From the IMG/VR virus record IMGVR_UViG_3300045988_051028: DNA of 16,260 nucleotides; one strand, given 5' to 3'. The stretch is from a virus. The notes under the pieces are model-generated. The model had not been told where the DNA came from. It saw only the letters and a list, made by a program, of their open reading frames with translations, and searched no databases. Of this stretch, positions 1-5,097 are shown piece after piece. Both the position numbers and the translations under genes were made by a program. The stretch's first letter is position 1. Every line of letters begins with the position of its first letter.

Positions 1-69
1 TTTGTCAAAATTTAACATACCCCCCGGGGGTACCCCATAATGCAATCGCTCACACTTTTCCATCCTCTC

Positions 70-98
70 TTGACACTGACCGTCCGGTCTGCTATGCC
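70..98 (+). promoter_or_regulatory. Second, weaker promoter-like element in the left ITR (mirror copy at 16163-16191 on the - strand)
   Basis: Perfect TTGACA at 70-75 and a 17-nt spacer to TATGCC (93-98), preceded by TG at 90-91 (extended -10-like TGCTATGCC). The -10 lacks the conserved final T. Confidence 0.3.
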
Positions 99-134
99 CT
101 GTTCGGTTTATGATCGGGATCACATGGTTTGGGG

Positions 135-162
135 TTGAATCGAATGTTGGTTGGTGTACTAT
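135..162 (+). promoter_or_regulatory. Candidate sigma-70/SigA-type early promoter inside the left ITR
   Basis: TTGAAT (135-140), a 16-nt spacer, then TACTAT (157-162, fits TAnnnT). It lies about 40 nt upstream of the SD (GGAGAGG, 201-207) and ATG of the first gene. Motif match only. Confidence 0.45.
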
Positions 163-208
163 TGGGTTATCGCCAAGAGGTGAAAGGCACCGTGGCGAGA
201 GGAGAGGA

Positions 209-487
209 ATGATGGATATTGAGCAGGTCACGCGTAAGGCGATCTCGAATGTCTTCGATCACCTTATTGAGGAGGGTTATTCTCCTTCGATGGAGTTTGA
301 GGGCAATTCTCTGACGATTTGGACGGAGGATGCGTCGGCTGAGTTTGTTGCGATTATTAATCGCAAGCGGACGGGTTTTGGTGAGCATGTTCTGTCTATT
401 CAGGCGGTTCAGGGTGAGGGTGAGTCGTATTTGGCTGAGATGATTGCTGATGAGTTTGTGGAGATTATTAGGGGTAGTGATGAGTGA
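209..487 (+). CDS. Hypothetical early protein, strongly acidic (92 aa)
   Basis: SD GGAGAGG (201-207) precedes tandem ATGs at 209 and 212. The 110-208 part of the tracked ORF lies in the ITR and has no SD. Zero of 92 sense codons end in A, which matches the genome-wide codon bias. I counted 19 D/E against 6 K/R. No family recognised. Confidence 0.75.
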   Translation: MMDIEQVTRKAISNVFDHLIEEGYSPSMEFEGNSLTIWTEDASAEFVAIINRKRTGFGEHVLSIQAVQGEGESYLAEMIADEFVEIIRGSDE

Positions 488-582
488 GCGATAAGGGTCT
501 TACATATACAGTCTCTCCTTTAAACTTCCTTCTATGGAGTTTAAGATTGAGACGATAGCGGTAACAGTTATGGCGGCAGCAA

Positions 583-795
583 ATGTTCAGATCACGGAAT
601 GAAGAGTTTATTATTCTTGATGACGGAGAGGAGTTGTTTCGTACATGGTCGTTCGTTGCGGCGGCGGAGTTCTTGAGAATGGTGAATTGCGATCACGTGT
701 TGGAGAGGTTGGGGATGGCAGTGGACCAGGCGTACAGTCAGTTCCGGTCTCCATTGGAAAAACTGGAAATGATTATCGATATTCGGGAACTGTGA
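583..795 (+). CDS. Hypothetical early protein (70 aa)
   Basis: ATG 583 is the first start after an in-frame stop at 562-564. The G/T-ending codon bias holds for about 600-760. The SD is weak. An alternative internal start at ATG 679 has GGAG 9 nt upstream. Confidence 0.45.
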   Translation: MFRSRNEEFIILDDGEELFRTWSFVAAAEFLRMVNCDHVLERLGMAVDQAYSQFRSPLEKLEMIIDIREL

Positions 796-905
796 TTACC
801 GTCTATATCGGAAACAAAATGGTGTATGCCGGGGAATCGGTTACGCAAGCAATTGATCGAATCTGTCAGCCAGGAGGGATTGACTATGAAGTGTGGACTG
901 TCTGA
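792..905 (+). CDS. Possible small protein (37 aa) starting at a GTG that overlaps the upstream stop (GTGA)
   Basis: This frame reads protein-like (VITVYIGNKMVYAGESVTQAIDRICQPGGIDYEVWTV) and ends 20 nt inside the next gene. The SD is weak and the codon bias atypical. ATG 819 or ATG 645 are alternative starts in the same frame. Confidence 0.25.
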   Translation: MITVYIGNKMVYAGESVTQAIDRICQPGGIDYEVWTV

Positions 906-1116
906 GAAGGAGATACGCGAGCATGAGGGGCCGCTTTGGTCGGGGAACCTCATCATCGAGAAGGTGGAGGGGTTATGGGTGCCGGGTGGGTGTCCTACGC
1001 GGGTGACGGATCGTCAGAAGTTCGCTAGCGTGTACGGCATGACGGCGCGGCGGCTCAAGGAGACCTTAATTCACGTGGAGAATCACCCGAGGAAGAGGTC
1101 ATGGCTCAGCAACTGA
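886..1116 (+). CDS. Hypothetical early protein (76 aa), possibly helix-turn-helix
   Basis: Strong SD AGGAGGG (871-877), 8 nt before ATG 886. Very few A-ending codons. The segment RQKFASVYGMTARRLKETLI looks HTH-like, which is only a weak impression. Confidence 0.6.
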   Translation: MKCGLSEKEIREHEGPLWSGNLIIEKVEGLWVPGGCPTRVTDRQKFASVYGMTARRLKETLIHVENHPRKRSWLSN

Positions 1117-1451
1117 GTGAGACGCTCGATCCTGGCCTCTCCTACTGGCTGGCTTATGATGAGTCGCTCGAACCACATATGTTCCGACTGATTAAGTACA
1201 TGACGACTTTTGAGACATTCTGGTCAACTGAATACGGGACTGTCTCGTTTCGTCAGGAGAATCACTACCGAACAGCGTCGATCAAACCGAAGGGGAGGAA
1301 ACCGACTACCGTTATCTACGGGGAGGATGAAGAGGTTTCTGAGCAGGAACTTCTCTCACTTCTAATCTTCTGGACCGCTAAACCTCTGTTCCTAGCAGTA
1401 CCAGTACCAGACAAGACCGAGGAACAGAGCAAACAGGAAACACTCTTCTAG
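1101..1451 (+). CDS. Hypothetical early protein (116 aa) with an acidic C-terminal tail
   Basis: SD GAGGAAGAGG lies just upstream of ATG 1101, and the gene overlaps the previous one by 16 nt. It occupies the position taken by the phi29 gene 6 DNA-binding protein, immediately upstream of the SSB. I see no convincing sequence similarity to it. Confidence 0.6.
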   Translation: MAQQLSETLDPGLSYWLAYDESLEPHMFRLIKYMTTFETFWSTEYGTVSFRQENHYRTASIKPKGRKPTTVIYGEDEEVSEQELLSLLIFWTAKPLFLAVPVPDKTEEQSKQETLF

Positions 1452-1463
1452 GAGGAAGATCAA

Positions 1464-1886
1464 ATGAGCAACGAGATTACCACCAGCACCGCCGCTAACC
1501 CTCTCGCCGGAATGGGCGCTGCTAACGGCATCTTCACCACGGTCAAGGGCGACGACTTTGAGACTAAGGCGAAGATTTTCAACGCCGTCAACGACGCTAA
1601 GCCGGTCTCCGACCTTGGCGGCAAACCGTTCGAGATCGCTGACCTCGTGATCGAGTCGACGGAGTTCGTTAATGAGAAGACCGGTGAGATCGAGCCTGCT
1701 GTGCGGACCATCTTCATCAACCCCTCTGGCGACGCCTATCAGGCGTTCTCTGGGCCGATCTTCAACGCGGCTAAGCGCATCCTCACTCTGCTGGGAGAGC
1801 CCTCCCAGTGGCCCGCTCCGCTCAAGGTGCGGGTGACTGAGGAGGGTTCGGGTAAGAACCGCTTCTACAAGTTGACGCTGGTCTGA
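1464..1886 (+). CDS. Single-stranded DNA-binding protein, phi29 p5-like
   Basis: SD AGGAGGAAG sits 6 nt before the ATG. The segments KIFNA, RTIFINPSGDAYQAFS and LKVRVTEEGSGKNRFYKLTL line up with my recollection of phi29 p5 (KIFNA, TTIFAADGSLYSAIS, FKVKVVQGTSSKGNVFFSLQL). The gene lies directly upstream of the TP and polymerase genes. Confidence 0.6.
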   Translation: MSNEITTSTAANPLAGMGAANGIFTTVKGDDFETKAKIFNAVNDAKPVSDLGGKPFEIADLVIESTEFVNEKTGEIEPAVRTIFINPSGDAYQAFSGPIFNAAKRILTLLGEPSQWPAPLKVRVTEEGSGKNRFYKLTLV

Positions 1887-1910
1887 TGCCGCCTAGCCGC
1901 TAACTGCTAG

Positions 1911-1948
1911 AGTCCTCCCCGTCCTCCATAGGGAGGGCGGGGAGGACT
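1911..1948 (+). promoter_or_regulatory. 17-bp GC-rich hairpin: a U-tract-less terminator/attenuator candidate that also buries the SD of the next gene
   Basis: Left arm agtcctccccgtcctcc (1911-1927), loop atag, right arm ggagggcggggaggact (1932-1948). That gives 16 Watson-Crick pairs plus one G-U. The GGAGGA SD (1941-1946) for ATG 1954 lies in the 3' arm. Confidence 0.6.
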
Positions 1949-1953
1949 TCATC

Positions 1954-2790
1954 ATGAGGTATAGCAAAGAGGAATTGATCTCGCTTCGTAAGGCGGCCAT
2001 TAAGTCTGAGTCATTGGTGGCTCGTAAGATCAAGCGTATGGCTAAGGGCGATAACGGAATCGACATTACGGGGATGGAGTACGATCCTCGTGTGGGTAAG
2101 GACGCTATCTCAAGGATGAGTGGTGACCGGCTTAAGAAACTCCTTGAGAAGCAAGCCTATTTCCGAAAGGCGCACGTTGGTTACTATAAGGGTGCTCGCG
2201 GAACGATTGTCACCCGTCAGTCGTACCGAAACTACGTCAACTCGGTTAAGAAGATCAACCGTACCGTGGACGCTGAGCAGAAGAAGTACGAGGATGTCTA
2301 CATCAAACCGCTGGGCATGACGGTGAAGGAGAGGCGTGCGATGACCACGCCCGCGCACCCGGTACATGGGACCGAGGCGTACGATGGGATGAAGAAACTC
2401 AAGATTTACTCTCCTCAACAACTCATGGGCACTGAGGGTGCGAAGATGATTGCCCTCAGAAATGACGACATTAGGCGTCAGTATTCCTCTAGGGAACTGG
2501 TCTCTAAGGCCCGTGGGTACATGAATGACATGATGGACCGTATCGGGGATGAAGAGGCTAGGGCTAAGTTCAACTCTTTGTCGGATGAGCAGTTCTGGTT
2601 CATCTGGGCTTACACCGATTTCCCTGAGGAGTTGTCGCTTAAGTATCTGGCTATGCAGTTGGCACAGATGGTTGACGCTGGTGAGAAGAAGATGAGTTCT
2701 GGGATGGTTGACGCTGCTATGGAGCGCGGTGAGCAGTCCCTGGGCCGTGCTATGGAGTACTACGAGTATGCAAAGACGCTCGATATCTGA
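1954..2790 (+). CDS. Terminal protein (replication primer), phi29 p3-like
   Basis: 278 aa (I recall phi29 TP as 266 aa). It sits immediately upstream of the polymerase gene and overlaps it by 23 nt. The N-terminus is basic and the C-terminus acidic. KERRAMTTPAHPVHG resembles the phi29 TP segment I recall as EQRIAMTSPAHVTG. Confidence 0.7.
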   Translation: MRYSKEELISLRKAAIKSESLVARKIKRMAKGDNGIDITGMEYDPRVGKDAISRMSGDRLKKLLEKQAYFRKAHVGYYKGARGTIVTRQSYRNYVNSVKKINRTVDAEQKKYEDVYIKPLGMTVKERRAMTTPAHPVHGTEAYDGMKKLKIYSPQQLMGTEGAKMIALRNDDIRRQYSSRELVSKARGYMNDMMDRIGDEEARAKFNSLSDEQFWFIWAYTDFPEELSLKYLAMQLAQMVDAGEKKMSSGMVDAAMERGEQSLGRAMEYYEYAKTLDI

Positions 2791-4420
2791 CGCTAGGTGC
2801 GCAGATTTCGAGACGACAACTAACCCCCTGGATTGCCGTGTGTGGTCATGGGGGAGTATGGCAGTTAATGACTATGCGGATTATCAGGTCGGCATAGGAG
2901 TTGGCTCCTATGTCGCATATCTCCTTTCTGCCCCTAACGTGACGTTCTTCCACAATCTCGCTTTTGACGGGTCCTTCATCCTCGATTACATCCTGAAAGA
3001 CGGTTACAAGTGGGTGTCAGACAGGCCAGGCAAAGGTGAGTTCTCCACCGTCATTAGTAATATGAACAAGTTCTACTCAATCACCATCGTCTCTAAGAAA
3101 GGTGTCAAGGTAGAACTCAGGGACTCACTCAAAAAGATTCCCCTCCCCGTTCGAGACGTGCCTAAGGCATTCAACCTCGAATCGGTCAAGGGAGATATCG
3201 ACTATGAGGCGGAACGTCCTATCGGCTACCTCCCCACCAAGGAGGAATGGGAGTACCTGTACAACGATATCTACATCATGGCTCAGGCCATGCGCGTCAT
3301 TCTCGCCAGTGGAATGACGAAACTTACCGTTGGAGCCGATTCATTGGCAGAGTTCAAGGGGCTCCACGGAAAGGGGTTCACGAGGACGTTCCCGGTCCTG
3401 TCAAAGACCGTGGATGACGATATCAGGGCGGCATATAGGGGAGGAATCGCAATGCCAGCGAAGCAGTGGGTGCGTAAGCGTACGGGGCCTGGAATCGTGA
3501 TCGACAAGAACTCGATGTACCCGTGGGTGATGAGGACCAAACCGCTCCCGTTCGGTAAGCCGTGGTGGACTGAGACGGAGGACTCTACTGCAGACTTGTA
3601 CACGCTCTCGATCACGTTCACCGCGAAACTCAAGCCAGGACACCTCCCCTGCATCCAATTGAAGCGGTCGATCCAGTTCAACGCTAACGAGTTCCTTGAG
3701 TCGGTCCCTGAGCCGACAACGGTAACTATCACGAGCGTTGACCTGGAACTGTGGATGGAACAGTACGACTTGCAGATTTACGCGATTAGTGGTTATTGGA
3801 ACTTCAAGGCTACAGAGGGACTGTTCAACGACTACATTGATAAGTGGATGGCCGTAAAGGCGAACAGTACTGGAGGGGCAAGGACTATCGCAAAACTTCA
3901 CCTTAATTCCTTGTACGGGAAGTTCGCCAAGAACACGGACGTCACCGGCAAGCGCCCCTATCTGGACGAGCACGGGACTATGCAACTACAGATGTGCGAG
4001 CACGAAGAGAGCAACCCCGTTTACACGGCCATGGGCGCGTTCATCACCGCCTACGCCCGTCAGGACCTCATTAGGTCCGCTCAAGCCAACTACGACCGTT
4101 TCCTGTACTGTGACACCGACTCCCTCCATCTAAGAGGCCCGGAGGAGCCCGATCTGTACCTGCATCCCACGGAACTCGGGGCCTGGAAGGTGGAGCACGA
4201 CGGCCGTCCGTTCGATGACGCAGTGTTCCTTCGGGCGAAGCAGTACTGCGAGAGGTTCGGCGACCATGATGATGTTCACATTGCTGGGTTGCCCAACGAG
4301 ATTGCAGCGAAAGTTCGTCTTGAGGACATGTTGACGCCGCGAACTTGGGACGGTAAACTTGTACCTAAGAGAGTTCCCGGAGGTGTGGTACTCTCTAACA
4401 CAACATTCACGCTCAGATAG
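2768..4420 (+). CDS. Protein-primed family-B DNA polymerase (phi29 p2-like)
   Basis: Exo motifs: DFETTT, FFHNLAFDGSFIL, YLYNDIYIM. Pol motifs: KLHLNSLYGKFA, FLYCDTDSLH, RAKQY, VPGGVVL. There is a TPR2-like insertion (NTDVTGKRPYLDEHGTMQLQ) between motifs B and C. ATG 2768 has GGAG 10 nt upstream and leaves 12 aa before DFETTT (I recall 11 in phi29), so I prefer it to the tracked 2708 start. Confidence 0.95.
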   Translation: MQRRSISDARCADFETTTNPLDCRVWSWGSMAVNDYADYQVGIGVGSYVAYLLSAPNVTFFHNLAFDGSFILDYILKDGYKWVSDRPGKGEFSTVISNMNKFYSITIVSKKGVKVELRDSLKKIPLPVRDVPKAFNLESVKGDIDYEAERPIGYLPTKEEWEYLYNDIYIMAQAMRVILASGMTKLTVGADSLAEFKGLHGKGFTRTFPVLSKTVDDDIRAAYRGGIAMPAKQWVRKRTGPGIVIDKNSMYPWVMRTKPLPFGKPWWTETEDSTADLYTLSITFTAKLKPGHLPCIQLKRSIQFNANEFLESVPEPTTVTITSVDLELWMEQYDLQIYAISGYWNFKATEGLFNDYIDKWMAVKANSTGGARTIAKLHLNSLYGKFAKNTDVTGKRPYLDEHGTMQLQMCEHEESNPVYTAMGAFITAYARQDLIRSAQANYDRFLYCDTDSLHLRGPEEPDLYLHPTELGAWKVEHDGRPFDDAVFLRAKQYCERFGDHDDVHIAGLPNEIAAKVRLEDMLTPRTWDGKLVPKRVPGGVVLSNTTFTLR

Positions 4421-4433
4421 AGGAGAATAAAAC

Positions 4434-4601
4434 ATGGCACGCGTTAAGGCTGGCTACAAGTCCGTTTCCGTCGTCATCCCCGAGGAGATCGCCGACGCTC
4501 TCGATGAGGCTCACTGGGCCCTGCGTCGTGAGGTCTCCGAGATTCTGACGGAGATTGTGGTTAATGGCGTGGAGGAGATCAAGGCGAGCACCGGCAAGTG
4601 A
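4434..4601 (+). CDS. Small ribbon-helix-helix (Arc/CopG-like) DNA-binding protein, 55 aa; below the ORF-track length cutoff
   Basis: SD AGGAG (4421-4425) lies 8 nt before ATG 4434, and the stop is TGA 4599-4601. The translation is MARVKAGYKSVSVVIPEEIADALDEAHWALRREVSEILTEIVVNGVEEIKASTGK. That is a beta-strand (KSVSVVIPEE) followed by two helices, typical of RHH proteins. Only 1 of 55 codons ends in A. Confidence 0.65.
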   Translation: MARVKAGYKSVSVVIPEEIADALDEAHWALRREVSEILTEIVVNGVEEIKASTGK

Positions 4602-4680
4602 TCCGGGACGCTACGGGCTGAAACCCCTCGGACCTTGATGGGCTGGCGACCTCTGGTTCTGTCTGGTCTCTCTCCGCAGT

Positions 4681-4720
4681 GATATGGTGGGTATGCAAGT
4701 ACCCACCATATCTTTTTGTG
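4681..4720 (+). terminator. Intrinsic terminator / palindromic operator candidate at the early-late boundary
   Basis: Perfect 13-bp arms GATATGGTGGGTA (4681-4693) and TACCCACCATATC (4700-4712), a 6-nt loop, then TTTTTGTG. It ends 18 nt before the scaffold gene ATG. Confidence 0.7.
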
Positions 4721-4737
4721 CACAGAAAGGAAGAAAG

Positions 4738-5097
4738 ATGGGATTTCTTGATGAGATCGGCTCTAAGTTCTCGGACGCTATGGGCGGTCTCGGTGAACTG
4801 CTGGGTGCGGATCACTCGGATACGCTGGATAACCTCTCGAACATCTGGAACGAGATGACGGATTTCGCGGGCGGTTTTGACAGCAAGATGACGGACCTTA
4901 ATTCTATTCTTGAGGAGAAGGAGAAGATGATCTCCGATCTCAAGGGGAAGAACTATGATCTGCTGATGGCTCAGCCGGGTAGCGACCCGAGTGATGCGGC
5001 GGATAAGTTGCCGGGTGAGGACGGTGCGGCCGATTACGAGGGTGTGACGTTTGATGACCTGATTTCCACTGATGACTCTGATGAGGAGAAGAAGTAA
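4738..5097 (+). CDS. Scaffolding protein (phi29 gp7-like by position and character)
   Basis: SD GAAAGGAAG precedes ATG 4738. The product is 119 aa, acidic and predicted helical/coiled (LNSILEEKEKMISDLKGKNYDLL), with an acidic tail DDSDEEKK. Its stop overlaps the capsid ATG (TAATG). Confidence 0.6.
   Translation: MGFLDEIGSKFSDAMGGLGELLGADHSDTLDNLSNIWNEMTDFAGGFDSKMTDLNSILEEKEKMISDLKGKNYDLLMAQPGSDPSDAADKLPGEDGAADYEGVTFDDLISTDDSDEEKK

Larger units (their letters stand above)
1..176. repeat. Left inverted terminal repeat (176 bp)
   Basis: Decamer-by-decamer comparison shows 1-176 is the exact reverse complement of 16085-16260. Identity breaks at 177 (g) versus the complement of 16084 (t). The repeat starts TTTGTCAAAATTTAAC and contains CCCCCGGGGG at 21-30. 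Confidence 0.97.

Noticed and set aside
18-36. TACCC(C/A) hexamers in the ITR (18-23, 31-36) and in both arms of the 4681-4712 palindrome, considered as a shared operator for the RHH protein.
   Set aside because: A degenerate 6-mer is expected roughly a dozen or more times in 16 kb on both strands. The ITR and palindrome contexts differ beyond five bases, so this is not significant without binding data.
111-122. A TGATC-GG-GATCA inverted repeat with two GATC sites in the ITR.
   Set aside because: It has only 5-bp arms, so it is too short to distinguish from chance, and no similar site occurs near other regulatory regions.
110-208. N-terminal extension of the first ORF into the ITR (tracked start 110).
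   Set aside because: There is no SD, the region is ITR/promoter sequence, and a good SD plus tandem ATGs occur at 201-214. The mirror copy at the right end is not in frame with anything.
534-602. A 22-aa mini-ORF (MEFKIETIAVTVMAAANVQITE) in the first intergenic gap, and an imperfect bulged hairpin at 520-545.
   Set aside because: The mini-ORF has no SD and overlaps the start of the 583 gene. The hairpin is short, bulged and lacks a U-tract, so neither can be supported as a feature.
2708-2767. Upstream start for the DNA polymerase (tracked 2708).
   Set aside because: The SD is poor and the extra 20 aa lie inside the TP gene. ATG 2768 has GGAG upstream and gives an N-terminal length before DFETTT almost identical to what I recall for phi29.
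4622-4658. AACC (4622-4625) and GGTT (4655-4658) in the polymerase-distal non-coding region, reminiscent of the complementary loop-loop tetramers I recall in phi29 pRNA.
   Set aside because: Complementary 4-mers at this spacing are expected by chance, and I could not place either in a convincing hairpin loop by eye.
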